From a virus (lineage: Duplodnaviria; Caudoviricetes), in the IMG/VR virus record IMGVR_UViG_3300032318_001710, positions 1 to 49,099 of that record: 49,099 nucleotides of DNA. One strand, given 5' to 3'. Position numbers and translations under genes: made by a program. Below, piece after piece: positions 1 through 10,281 of this stretch. The notes below the pieces were generated by a model that saw nothing but the letters and a program-made list of their open reading frames with translations, was not told where the DNA came from and made no database searches. Each line of letters begins with the position of its first letter. The first letter of the stretch is position 1.

Positions 1-1397
1 ATGTTTGGAAGTATGCTTCCGTCTTTTGCGTATTTAAAATTCCAGTGTGCAGTGGTTTGAGAAAATAGGTAATCTCTTGTATAAAATTGAAGAACATTGT
101 TCTCATCAAAGGTAGCTACCATCTGTGAGTCTCTGCAAATTTCTTGTATGGCATTCCATACAGTTTCGCTGTCATCTGTCCACCAGTATATAGGACTAAG
201 AATAGACTTGTCTGTTATTTTTCCATTAATGTCTTTTTTATAATTTATTTTATAGTTAGTAAATCCTACATTGTCTAATAATCTTCTTATAATTCCTATT
301 GCAGAAGTATCTGTGCAAACCATTCCTGGAACAATTATATCTTGTAAAGCTTTTGCTCCGTCTAATGCTCTTAAATTAATGTCACCAAACTCTGAAGTAT
401 CCCAGGTATCGATATAGAACGTACCTTGTTTTACCTTTTGATGATTACCTTTTGTGTCTGTAGATGGTCCAGCAGAATAATAAACTTTAATGTGTGGCTT
501 GAGCTCTGCACCTTTGTACATATACAAATAAGATGAGCTAAGGGATGTTCCTTTTTCGTATGAAATAATTTTTCTTGTAGACTCATATGAAACTAATGAG
601 GCCGACATAGAGTTAGCTGAAACTTTTCCAACTGGCAATATGTCATCGGCGCTAGTAGAGGACTCTTGAGATGTAGAAAAATTTGTTATATGCTCAGTTA
701 AATCTGCTATCCATCTAGGAGATAGCTCAATGACTCCAATATGTGAACCACTTACTGCTCCCGTTGTTAGTCTTAAAGATGTTATTGATATAGGAGTTGA
801 TATTGTTGAAGGCTCTGTTGTTACCCAAGATGTTCCGTTATAATAAAGAGTTAGTGTTCCTGAATCATAATTTTTTGTTCCACTAGTAGTAAATGGTTTA
901 ATTGCAGTATTTGTTCCTGTGGCAAGCTGAACGTTTCCTTCTTTAAATATTGTCCATGTTGTTGGAGTTGAATGAGATAATTCAAATCTAACAATAATTT
1001 TATTTGTTAATATTGCTTGTGGGTAGGTAATTGTTATATCTGCTCCTACTCCTTTTTGAGTAAGGTGATACTTGTAGTATGTATCTATGCCAGGGTAATA
1101 GGTTCTATAGTCTAGGTTATAGTCTATATTCTTTGGGTCCCTCCAAGTATTACTAGAAACGTCTCCAATAACCCCGTACTTGACGCCAGCCCCTACTGGT
1201 CTAAAAGCTTTTATAACAGAAGAGGCGGGAAATAATTTTTTGTAAGGTTTCGATCCATCTGCTCTGGTATATTCAGTTCCTGTAACCGTAATGTTGTCTA
1301 CCATTGAGTTCATATTGTATTCAATAGTGCAACCTACATTAGATTGAATTGTAGTACTTTGCTCTACTATGTCTTTAACTGCTGGCAAATTAATCAT
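1..1397 (-). CDS. Minor tail / tail-tip (hub-like) protein, runs off the window edge (partial)
   Basis: Not in ORF track. ATG at 1395-1397 overlaps the TAA of the upstream gene (TAATG). Reads MINLPAVKDIVEQSTTIQSNVGC... and appears open to position 1. Second gene after the tape measure. Confidence 0.75.
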   Translation of the reverse strand, partial: MINLPAVKDIVEQSTTIQSNVGCTIEYNMNSMVDNITVTGTEYTRADGSKPYKKLFPASSVIKAFRPVGAGVKYGVIGDVSSNTWRDPKNIDYNLDYRTYYPGIDTYYKYHLTQKGVGADITITYPQAILTNKIIVRFELSHSTPTTWTIFKEGNVQLATGTNTAIKPFTTSGTKNYDSGTLTLYYNGTSWVTTEPSTISTPISITSLRLTTGAVSGSHIGVIELSPRWIADLTEHITNFSTSQESSTSADDILPVGKVSANSMSASLVSYESTRKIISYEKGTSLSSSYLYMYKGAELKPHIKVYYSAGPSTDTKGNHQKVKQGTFYIDTWDTSEFGDINLRALDGAKALQDIIVPGMVCTDTSAIGIIRRLLDNVGFTNYKINYKKDINGKITDKSILSPIYWWTDDSETVWNAIQEICRDSQMVATFDENNVLQFYTRDYLFSQTTAHWNFKYAKDGSILPN

Positions 1398-1867
1398 TAA
1401 ACTTCTTCCAACTCAATAGACACGTTCCAATGTGGCTGTAGGCCACGCTTGACAACTGAAAAATTACAACCCCCAAATACTACTGTGTACTCTTCGTATC
1501 CAGAAGAGGTTTGATCTGCGCCATTTTTTGCTAAGTTTATTCTTATTCTAAAAGAAGTTTTGCCTTCATCGCTTAAATAAAATGATCGTAGATCTTCTGC
1601 TCCCCAAGCTCCGTCAACAGTTAGCGTTCTGTAAGAAGGAAGCATTGTCCATGATGCAGAAAACCTTCTTTTATCTGTTATGTAATTTTTTCTTAAAGTC
1701 CCATTAGAAGTTCTAGTAACCTGCTCAATTCTTTCTATAGAGACTCCCAGGTCAGATCTATTATGCTCTGTTACCTTATTAAAAATTTTAGTTGTGCCAG
1801 CTGGGTTTGCCAATAAGTCTGTGGCTTCTATGCTAAGGATTGACCCTCTAGGTAAAATCATAGCCAT
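1397..1867 (-). CDS. Distal tail (Dit-like) / minor tail protein
   Basis: 156 aa, beta-rich, directly after the tape measure gene with TAATG coupling. Confidence 0.6.
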   Translation of the reverse strand: MAMILPRGSILSIEATDLLANPAGTTKIFNKVTEHNRSDLGVSIERIEQVTRTSNGTLRKNYITDKRRFSASWTMLPSYRTLTVDGAWGAEDLRSFYLSDEGKTSFRIRINLAKNGADQTSSGYEEYTVVFGGCNFSVVKRGLQPHWNVSIELEEV

Positions 1868-4800
1868 TAGTAGTTACCTCCAAGTTTTCTGTCAATTCCT
1901 TCTTTTGCATTAACCAATGCAAGTTCTCTCTTGAAGCTACGCATTACGTCATCTGCAGTAACTGTTGTTCCATTTAATGCTATATCAATATTATACACAT
2001 TGTTGCTGCTTGGGCTATTACTAATATTAACCCCAGACATTTTGGTTCCAGAAGGTATATCATATCTTGGCATAGTAGCAATATTTGGATATATAGTTCC
2101 AGACATGCTAGGCATAAATCCTTCTTGCTGATATCCCAATGGATTAACTCTATCATTAATAGTATACTTTTGTCCAGCAACAACTGGTCCGCCCAAAGAC
2201 TTACTCTGCCTTACTGCTTCTTTAGGACCAATTTTAAATCTTTTTTGTACCTTGTACTTAACTCCATTAGGATCTTCAATTATATCTCCAACTTCTAATT
2301 GATCTCCAGCAATTAATGCTGCTCTTGCATCATTCGTCAAATACCCGTCCTTGCCATAAGGATTTTTAAGAGTGGCATCACTTGCGTTACCATCATACAT
2401 TGCTGAGTAAAGGTCTCCCGCAGTAGCATACTTACCCTTCATTCCGTCTTTTACTTGATCGGTATAAATTGTAACACTCTGAGCATTAATTCCATTCTTT
2501 AAAGCCTTCAAGGTTTCATCTACAACCGAAGAGGCTGGTTGTTTAATACCAAGGGTTTTGCCCATGGATTCTAAGGCAGCCATAGTATTCTTAAACTCTT
2601 CGGTCATCTTAAACTTGTCGCCTTCAGTTTGAAGTTTATAAATTATGTTAGATAGGTTAGTACTGTAGTTAGTTAAATTTGTATTTAAGGTGTCTGCTCT
2701 TTTTTGAAGAACTCCTAGCTGATCCCCAGCTAGAGCTGCTTTATCTGCAAGTTTTTGATTCTTATTAGATAGTGCATCTATTTGATCTTGTAGTGGCTTA
2801 ATGTCAAGCTCGGCCTTAAGGTTAATTGCTTCCTCTGCTGATTTGCGATTTGACTCATTTAGTATCTGCTCTATGCTCATCTGCTCTTCTGCATAAGAAT
2901 TCATGTTGCCAGTTGCAAGAGCTTGCTGTGCTCTTAGTTGAGCTTTTTGAATTTCTAGCTGAGAGTTTTCCGCCTCAGTTGCTTTACGAATTCCATTAAT
3001 TTTATCTTGAGCAGCCTTTTTAATTTTATCTATTTGCTTGTTTAATGAAGCAATTGCATCTCGGCTGTCTATTTGAGCTTTTGCAGATTGTCCCTTTTGA
3101 GCAGTTTGAAGAGCTTTAATTTGATCGGTAAGTTGCTTGTATTTTCCGTATTGAGCCCCAACTGCACCTGTTGTTTTTACTGTATCATTAACGATTGAGG
3201 AAAGGTTAACTGCAGCTATAGCAGCAGTACCACTTAATGCACCTACGTCTACGTTAGTTCCTTGAACTAACAATTTAAGTTTAGCAAAAGCTGAGACTAG
3301 GGTATCTGTACTATTTAAAACTTCTGCCAGTTCTGGATTTGCTTTACCAATTTCAGAAATAACTTGTTTTGTTAAATTAGATTGATTTTTGTAAGAAGCA
3401 TTTATAGAATCAATTTGATCTCTTGTGGCTTGCCCAACTGAAACTGCAACACCCTTATTCTTTGATGCCGCTTCTTCGCTCTTCCTAACTGTTTCATCAA
3501 TTGATCCATTAATTGCTGCAAAACTAGTAAGGAGTGCTGAGGCTTGTCCTTCAACGTCAGAGACCTTTAGGGCTGATTCAAATGTCTTTGTTGATTGCAT
3601 TGCAGCTTGTTCTAGTGTTTGAATACTTTGGAAAGCTTTTGTTCCTATTGCGCTGCCAGCCATAGATGCTTTATTAGACTCATCTATCAGAGCATATATT
3701 TTAGCTGTCGCAGTTTCAGCAGAATCTCCTGCCGCCATAAATTGAGCCTTTAATTGAATAGCAGTTTGACCAACATCTTTTCTATCTGTTTGATCAAACA
3801 GTTTAATGTAGTCCTGCATAGTAGACTTAACCTGAACCTTAAGTTTCTTGTACTGCTCAATTGTCATATGTATTGGAACGTTAGCTTTTGTCATGCTCTC
3901 GTAAATCATTTTATTTTGAGCCTTCAAAGCCTTGGCATCTTCTATAGCAGTCTTAATCTGCTTATTATAGTCTGTGTACTTATATCCAGCCTTTGCAGCA
4001 GCATCTGCTGTCATTCCAAATGCTGTTCTATTAATTCTTAATTCTTCTGTATGCTCTTTATGTCTTTTAATCAGCAGGCCTACGGCTAATGTAACTCCAG
4101 TAAATGCTATTCCTATTGGGCTAGTTAACTTAAGTAGTGTTGCAAATCCTTTAAGTAGGGGCCCGAATATTCTTAATATTCCTGAAAGACTTCCTCCAGT
4201 TTTTGATGCCGCCTGTGCTAAGTTGTTTAATGGACCTATTGGTTGTTTTAATTGTCCTGGAATTTTGTCCATTTGTCTTGATATCATTCCGCCGCCGCCT
4301 CCGCCGCCTCCGCCGAATCCCATTCCCATGCTTGCAATCATAGATGCTATTTGAATTGCGCTTCCAGCTGTTCCACCAACCTTTTGACCTAGCATTTGGC
4401 CACCCATACCTATTGCTAAAGAAGGTCCTACTGCTCTTAACATTCTTCCGCCGCGAGGTCTACTTGCGTCAACTACTCCTTCTTCGAATCCCATCATTTG
4501 ATCTAGGCTGTACCCTTGATTCATCAAAGTAAGGGCTCCCTGATTTCCACGAGTTCCAGTTTTTGTAACAACGGATTCTCCTGGTTCTAAAAGAGCTGGA
4601 ATTGAATCTCCTCCGCCATATCCTGGAAGTTGTGTTACTCCATCTTTAAATGGCGTTGGGGAAAGGCCTAAGTTTCTAGAATGCATGTCGCTTCCAAGTG
4701 GGTTTATCTGCCTTGTCATTGATGGCTGAAATCCACTACGCAATGCTCTTACTGTTGATTGGTTAAACATATCTCCAAACATTGATTCTGTTATTGGATT

Positions 4801-7800
4801 TTTAGAACCTTTAATTTTTTGATTAAGTAGTGTGGCAGCTCTATCTGCTAGTAATCTTGCTTTTTGTGGTGGAATTCCTTGATCTTTTAGAAAAGCCAAG
4901 AAGCTGACCATGTCGCTTCCGTCTACATCTCTCCAATCGCTTGGGTCTGCTCCAACCTTTAGTTTGTCATTAAAACCTTTTCTGTTTTTAACAAATGTAG
5001 TTGGAACTGTTTGTAAAAATGGAGATTTAGATGTTGTTGAAATTCCAAATTCGTCAAATCTTTCTCTAGGAATAGAAGGGGTTGCCTGTCTTCCCATGGT
5101 AGGAAGATCTGCTGTTCTTTTTCTATATCCAGGAGTAATAGCATGTACTAAATATTCATCGTCTGCCCCAATACCTTTTTTGGTTGGAGTAACTCCTGCT
5201 GCTTGATACCATGGATCATCATAAATTTTATTTTTTCTATCAGAAAAATGTTTAAAAGGGCTTCCCATGCCAGCTTCATTTGCTGTTCCAGTAGAAGCCC
5301 CACTACCAGTACCTCTAAGGTTTGGAGTTCTAGTTCCACCTATCCCAGAAGATCTTCTTGAATATTCTCTAAGTAGTGCTGCAGCTCTTTTAGCATGAGC
5401 TAAGTTTGTAAATTTTGGAAGAAGTCCTAGTGCCACAGTTCCTAAAGCTAATCTTCTAGGCTTTGTTGTTTCAATATTATATCCTGCTCCTGAAGTTCTT
5501 ACTCCAAGTGCTCCTGCCACCTTATTAATAAAGTCTCTCGTGCTTCCCTTTTTAAATAACTCTCTCATATTAGACTTACCAGTAGGATCAACTACAGGCT
5601 GATTTAATGTAGGAATAATTGTTGGGTTTAATGTTCTTCCCATTGAGGTTGCTTGAGCCTGCATAGAAGTTGAAATCATTCTTTCAGTTTCAAGGTTTAG
5701 GGCTATAATTTTTGCTCTTGCTTGCTCTACATTTAATTTACCTGCACGAAGTTCAGCAACAATTAATGCCGATTCCCTTGCAGCGTTATCTGTTAGTTTA
5801 GAAACAATTGGTAATATGTCATCGAACTGTCCCATAAATTCTTTACTTAAAACTCCAGTTGCAACCATCTGCTTCTTAAGTGCTTCTATCTCTGCCTTAG
5901 ATTGCATTCCTAATGTTGCCATCATTGCATGATGCCTTGCCGCTTCTGCCGCTACAACTCCTGTTGATACTCCGCCTACAGTAGTTAATCCAGGAACACT
6001 TGGCAAATTGTCGTTCATGTATATTTGAGGATTCTGGCCAATCTTTTGATTTACTGGACCTGATCCTGGAACCATACCAAACATTGTTTGTTGAAGTCTT
6101 TGTGCTTCAGTCATTCCAGATCTAGGAACCATATGTGAGCTTGCTCTTGTTCCCATCTTACCAACAAGTGGATGGTTTGGATCTACTATTCTTCCTCCGC
6201 CTGACATAACAAGATTACCCGCCATTGTGTTGACTGCTGGGTTAACAGATATTGAACCAGACTTTGCTTTTGCTTCTAATAAAGAAAACTCGTCTAAAAG
6301 GTTTCTAAGGGCCTGTTGTAATACTGCTGCTGCTTTTGCATCGCTATAAAAAGATTGTTCTACTAGTTTTCCAGCTTTTTCTGCTGCTAGCATTTCTGGG
6401 GTTAGATATTTAAATCCTTCTCCACCCTTAAAGAAAGCTCTTAGATGGAATACTCCCTTTGCCATATTACCAAAAAAGTTTGCAAGCAAACCAGTTAACA
6501 TAATTAGTGGGCCAGCAATTGCTGTAACTCCACCTAGCAATGCCAGTATCTGTTTAACTGGGCCAGGAAGGTTCATAGCAAATTGAACTATCTTATCTAT
6601 TACTGTAATTAAAACGGTATTGATTGTTAAGAACTGTTCTCCAACTTCTGCTAGAGATGCTTTAAGTCCTTCTAAAGCCCTTCTATATTTACCAGATGCT
6701 GACTCTGTAACTTGTGATAATTCTCGACCCGCTACTGATGCTAAATCATCAGAAGAAGCTTTCATTAAATCTAAGACCTGTAGAGTCTGACTTCCTTGAC
6801 GACCTAAATTTTCAAACAAAGCGTTCAGTCTTGAAAACTGAAACTTACCAAACAATTGTTCAATAGCCTGTTGTTTCTTAAGTGGATCTAAGGTGTCTAA
6901 TGCTCCTTGAAGAGCCATAAGTGTTCCAGTAAGATCTCCAGCATTGTTATTTACTATGCCCAGTAAATCAATACCTAATGTTTGGAACTTGCCTACCGCA
7001 ACATCTGTCGGGTTAATTAAAGATGCTAATGCAGACTTTAATGCGTTTGCTCCTTCTGACGCATTTATTCCGCCTTCACGCATTGCAGTCAAGTAAAGAG
7101 CTAAGTCCTGTACGCTTCCACCTAGTCCTTGAATAATTGGACCTGCTTTTGGAATTGCTTCTACTAAATCTGCAAGGCTTGTTGATGTCTGGTTTTCAAC
7201 TGCGTTAAGGAAGTTAATTGACTGCGCTAGTTCTTCCGTATTAGATTTAAATGCAGATTGAATTGCAAGTGTCGCTCTCATGGCATCTTGTCTGTCTACT
7301 TCACCAAGGACTGCAAGTCTTGTTGTTTCTCTAATGGATCCTAGTAACTCATCACCAGTTTTTCCAGTTGCTGCAATATCAGCGGCTAGACCAATGGTTT
7401 CTTTAAATGAAACTCCCATTGCTGATGAAATTTCTTTGGCTGTTTGAACAACATCATCCCTTACTTTGCCAAGCTCTACTGATGAAGTTGCTGCAATTCC
7501 TCCATAAACCTTTGTTAGTCTTACTAATTCTTGATCTGCTTCTCTAAATGCTTTTGCGGCTGCGTTACCGAATGCAACTAATGGCACGGTAAGTCCAACT
7601 GTTAGCTGGCGACCTGTCCACTGAGTGTTTTTACCGAAGTTAATAATCTGTCCAGCACCATCCTGGACAACCTTATTCATAATCTGAAGTTCTGTTCTTG
7701 CTATTGCTGCAGCATTCTTTACTGTATCAAGTCCTCTAGGAACTTGAACATTGAACTGCATAAGTCCTTGTGCGTTTCTTCCAAGTGGTTGTAGTACTGA

Positions 7801-8160
7801 ATTTTGTAATGCTACTTGCTGTTTTGCTAGGTCTCTAATAAGTCCGCCAGAAGTTTTAGTTTGATCTCTAAAGGCATTAAAGTATTGATTTAACTTTAGT
7901 TTTCCGCCGTCAAGATTCTTACCAAACTTTTCTACATCTGAAGTAAGGCTTACAAAGTGTGTGGAGAACTGACCTGTGCTTCTTAATGTATCAGAGAACG
8001 ATCTATTCATGACGGCAATTTGATTTGCCATCATCTTATTAGAGTTAGCTAATTTTTCTTGTAATTTTGATAGGCTGGCAGTAACCTTATGCACATCGGC
8101 AATAAGGGCTGAAAAGTCGGCATTAGCGACTATGCGGGTACTGATTGTTTCGTCAGCCAT
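1867..8160 (-). CDS. Tail tape measure protein
   Basis: 2097 aa, Ala/Gly/Leu-rich and helical; TP901-type core (GINASEGANALKSALASL); GGGDSIPALLEPGE motif; follows tail chaperones. Confidence 0.95.
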   Translation of the reverse strand: MADETISTRIVANADFSALIADVHKVTASLSKLQEKLANSNKMMANQIAVMNRSFSDTLRSTGQFSTHFVSLTSDVEKFGKNLDGGKLKLNQYFNAFRDQTKTSGGLIRDLAKQQVALQNSVLQPLGRNAQGLMQFNVQVPRGLDTVKNAAAIARTELQIMNKVVQDGAGQIINFGKNTQWTGRQLTVGLTVPLVAFGNAAAKAFREADQELVRLTKVYGGIAATSSVELGKVRDDVVQTAKEISSAMGVSFKETIGLAADIAATGKTGDELLGSIRETTRLAVLGEVDRQDAMRATLAIQSAFKSNTEELAQSINFLNAVENQTSTSLADLVEAIPKAGPIIQGLGGSVQDLALYLTAMREGGINASEGANALKSALASLINPTDVAVGKFQTLGIDLLGIVNNNAGDLTGTLMALQGALDTLDPLKKQQAIEQLFGKFQFSRLNALFENLGRQGSQTLQVLDLMKASSDDLASVAGRELSQVTESASGKYRRALEGLKASLAEVGEQFLTINTVLITVIDKIVQFAMNLPGPVKQILALLGGVTAIAGPLIMLTGLLANFFGNMAKGVFHLRAFFKGGEGFKYLTPEMLAAEKAGKLVEQSFYSDAKAAAVLQQALRNLLDEFSLLEAKAKSGSISVNPAVNTMAGNLVMSGGGRIVDPNHPLVGKMGTRASSHMVPRSGMTEAQRLQQTMFGMVPGSGPVNQKIGQNPQIYMNDNLPSVPGLTTVGGVSTGVVAAEAARHHAMMATLGMQSKAEIEALKKQMVATGVLSKEFMGQFDDILPIVSKLTDNAARESALIVAELRAGKLNVEQARAKIIALNLETERMISTSMQAQATSMGRTLNPTIIPTLNQPVVDPTGKSNMRELFKKGSTRDFINKVAGALGVRTSGAGYNIETTKPRRLALGTVALGLLPKFTNLAHAKRAAALLREYSRRSSGIGGTRTPNLRGTGSGASTGTANEAGMGSPFKHFSDRKNKIYDDPWYQAAGVTPTKKGIGADDEYLVHAITPGYRKRTADLPTMGRQATPSIPRERFDEFGISTTSKSPFLQTVPTTFVKNRKGFNDKLKVGADPSDWRDVDGSDMVSFLAFLKDQGIPPQKARLLADRAATLLNQKIKGSKNPITESMFGDMFNQSTVRALRSGFQPSMTRQINPLGSDMHSRNLGLSPTPFKDGVTQLPGYGGGDSIPALLEPGESVVTKTGTRGNQGALTLMNQGYSLDQMMGFEEGVVDASRPRGGRMLRAVGPSLAIGMGGQMLGQKVGGTAGSAIQIASMIASMGMGFGGGGGGGGGMISRQMDKIPGQLKQPIGPLNNLAQAASKTGGSLSGILRIFGPLLKGFATLLKLTSPIGIAFTGVTLAVGLLIKRHKEHTEELRINRTAFGMTADAAAKAGYKYTDYNKQIKTAIEDAKALKAQNKMIYESMTKANVPIHMTIEQYKKLKVQVKSTMQDYIKLFDQTDRKDVGQTAIQLKAQFMAAGDSAETATAKIYALIDESNKASMAGSAIGTKAFQSIQTLEQAAMQSTKTFESALKVSDVEGQASALLTSFAAINGSIDETVRKSEEAASKNKGVAVSVGQATRDQIDSINASYKNQSNLTKQVISEIGKANPELAEVLNSTDTLVSAFAKLKLLVQGTNVDVGALSGTAAIAAVNLSSIVNDTVKTTGAVGAQYGKYKQLTDQIKALQTAQKGQSAKAQIDSRDAIASLNKQIDKIKKAAQDKINGIRKATEAENSQLEIQKAQLRAQQALATGNMNSYAEEQMSIEQILNESNRKSAEEAINLKAELDIKPLQDQIDALSNKNQKLADKAALAGDQLGVLQKRADTLNTNLTNYSTNLSNIIYKLQTEGDKFKMTEEFKNTMAALESMGKTLGIKQPASSVVDETLKALKNGINAQSVTIYTDQVKDGMKGKYATAGDLYSAMYDGNASDATLKNPYGKDGYLTNDARAALIAGDQLEVGDIIEDPNGVKYKVQKRFKIGPKEAVRQSKSLGGPVVAGQKYTINDRVNPLGYQQEGFMPSMSGTIYPNIATMPRYDIPSGTKMSGVNISNSPSSNNVYNIDIALNGTTVTADDVMRSFKRELALVNAKEGIDRKLGGNY

Positions 8161-8171
8161 TTATATTCAGA

Positions 8172-8543
8172 TTACTCCTTCACGTATCCTAGTCCTTCTC
8201 CAATTCCGAAACCAGCTGCTGCTGCGAATCTTCCTTGAAGTGATACAACATCGTCTGCACTGGTAGTTATACCTGCTGCTCTTAGTTGTATTTCTTCAAA
8301 ACTAGAAGCCTTCTTCTCTTCTTCGTACTCGCCCATATCTACTCCAGTTAAAGAAGCTTGAAACTTTTTACTGTCGTAATCTCTTTTCTTTAAAGCTTTT
8401 AAAGTATTTACAAGTTCTGGCATTGAAAGACTTTCTTCTAATTCCTGGTAATTCTTCCAGTGTCCTAGTAAAAAAACTTCACCCTCTAAGGCGGCTAAGT
8501 CTAGTTCTGACCAGCCAGAACCGCTGCCGCTAGTAGGTTTGGG
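8172..8543 (-). CDS. Tail assembly chaperone, -1 frameshift extension (gpGT-like)
   Basis: The frame of ORF 8172..8423 stays open upstream to the slippery heptamer C CCA AAC (8537-8543) in the upstream gene. Confidence 0.8.
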   Translation of the reverse strand, partial: PKPTSGSGSGWSELDLAALEGEVFLLGHWKNYQELEESLSMPELVNTLKALKKRDYDSKKFQASLTGVDMGEYEEEKKASSFEEIQLRAAGITTSADDVVSLQGRFAAAAGFGIGEGLGYVKE

Positions 8544-8833
8544 TCGTCAAGCTTAATCCCTCCGCAAACTTCTAGAATGCGATTCATAGTTGGAACATCT
8601 AAGGCGTTCTCAAATGCTTCTCTATCTGCTACCAATTCTGGTAGTTGTTTTTCTATTGCAATTGCACAGGCATCGATCAAGATGTTTAGTGTGTCATCTT
8701 CTGTTTGTGATTCTGCCGTCTTTTTAATTGCTAGCATAAACTTACGAAGCTCTGCTATTGATAGTGGCTTCAGCTTTACGGTCTGCCCGTTTTGAAGCTG
8801 TACCTCTTCTACGCTATATACTGTTGTTGCCAA
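8501..8833 (-). CDS. Tail assembly chaperone (gpG-like)
   Basis: 110 aa between tail tube and tape measure; SD AGGAGG before a TTG start. Confidence 0.85.
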   Translation of the reverse strand: MATTVYSVEEVQLQNGQTVKLKPLSIAELRKFMLAIKKTAESQTEDDTLNILIDACAIAIEKQLPELVADREAFENALDVPTMNRILEVCGGIKLDDPNLLAAAVLAGQN

Positions 8834-8896
8834 TTTAGGTCCTCCTAGGATCTACTCATAAACATTATACTAAAAGAAATATACTAATACAACCAC

Positions 8897-8922
8897 AAAA
8901 CCCCCAATTTCTTGGGGGCTTT
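8897..8922 (-). terminator. Intrinsic terminator after the major tail gene
   Basis: CCCCCAA-4nt-TTGGGGG hairpin followed by TTTT on the minus strand. Confidence 0.8.
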
Positions 8923-8946
8923 GGGTATAGCTAATAAACTAAATTA

Positions 8947-9654
8947 TTATGCTACTAGAACACGGTCAATAATCTTGCCGTACTCAGAGCCAGCATAGCT
9001 AGCATCTGGTAGTAAACGGAAGGTTACTGGGAATGTTGTTGGAGTTGTACGTGCAAGTGAGAATTGTGACTGTTGTACAGACAATACTCGACGAGCATAA
9101 TATACACGCTCTGAAGTTGTTGAAGCTGCTGTTGGAGCTAGTCCAACTGCAATTAGCTGACGCTCTGTTGGAGCTGCACCAAGTGCACCTGCCTCTAGAC
9201 CAAGGGTATCCTTCTTTGAAGTTCCTGTGCCTGTTGTTGATAGAGTTGATGATGGTTGTCCAAATACTGTTGCAATGTTCTCAAGAGTACCTTCTGACAT
9301 TTCTGTTGCAATCATAACTTCCATTGCTGACTTGAACAGCTTAGCTGTATCAAGCAACTGATCTACAGTTACTGAGTCATATGTTGGGTTGTATGTGATT
9401 TGAAGACCGTTGTTAGTAAAACCAACGTTACGGTATCCAAATAGTCCTGCAGTTTGATTAACAGCGTTAAGCGAAGTTGTATAAGATACACCTGTTGCAA
9501 ATGCTGGTACTCCAACTGTGTTGGCTGCTGCTGTAACTGCTACGCCTGCTTCTGCGTTTGCGATGTAATCTGCGTCGTTGATGTCAGTATTTGACAAGAA
9601 CAGCGGAGATGCACCGACTAGAATATTTCTAGCATTACCTACGGATTGTGCCAT
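8947..9654 (-). CDS. Major tail (tube) protein
   Basis: 235 aa; VGFTNNGLQITY motif, beta-rich; strong SD AGGAGG; own terminator; precedes chaperones. Confidence 0.85.
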   Translation of the reverse strand: MAQSVGNARNILVGASPLFLSNTDINDADYIANAEAGVAVTAAANTVGVPAFATGVSYTTSLNAVNQTAGLFGYRNVGFTNNGLQITYNPTYDSVTVDQLLDTAKLFKSAMEVMIATEMSEGTLENIATVFGQPSSTLSTTGTGTSKKDTLGLEAGALGAAPTERQLIAVGLAPTAASTTSERVYYARRVLSVQQSQFSLARTTPTTFPVTFRLLPDASYAGSEYGKIIDRVLVA

Positions 9655-9768
9655 AGTTTTGTTTCCTCCTATATTTCAATATATATATATTTAAATCTTA
9701 AATTCAAGCTGGCTAGGCTTCTTTCCTCTTAGTACAAGTTTATAATATTATGGGTAAAAAGGCAAACC

Positions 9769-10281
9769 TTAGAGGAACCTGCCCACATCGTCTGTAATCC
9801 TGGAGTATTTTATTTCTAGGATAATCTCGGATGAGAAAAATCCCTGAAGTTCCTCTGATGGAGCCGTTGGGGATATGTCTGCTATATAGACGCTATGGAA
9901 TTTGAACTTATTTGAAAGACCTACCCATTTGTTTATGTCCTGAGCCGAGCTATCCATTCGTCTAAACTCATCTGTCATATAGTTTCTGATCTCATTAATA
10001 TCTGCCACCGAAGTTGAATATACGGTAAACAGAATCTGCTCACAACATATTAGCCAGTTGTCTTCATAGGACATCCCGATCTTGTCATAGACAATATGCT
10101 TCTTGCCGCTTAAAAATTGATTTAATTCTGGTGCCTGTTGTACTGGAATAATTGGGATAACGTTCTCATTTAAGTTATCGCTCCAATAGTCATTTTCGTC
10201 AAAAATGTCTCTGGTATAAAGTTCTTTCCATAGATACTTTCTTAGCTCTAGCATTGCGTCTAATTTATAGTTAGCCGTCAC
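9769..10281 (-). CDS. Tail terminator / tail completion protein
   Basis: 170 aa, acidic, immediately upstream of the tail tube gene. Confidence 0.6.
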   Translation of the reverse strand: MTANYKLDAMLELRKYLWKELYTRDIFDENDYWSDNLNENVIPIIPVQQAPELNQFLSGKKHIVYDKIGMSYEDNWLICCEQILFTVYSTSVADINEIRNYMTDEFRRMDSSAQDINKWVGLSNKFKFHSVYIADISPTAPSEELQGFFSSEIILEIKYSRITDDVGRFL

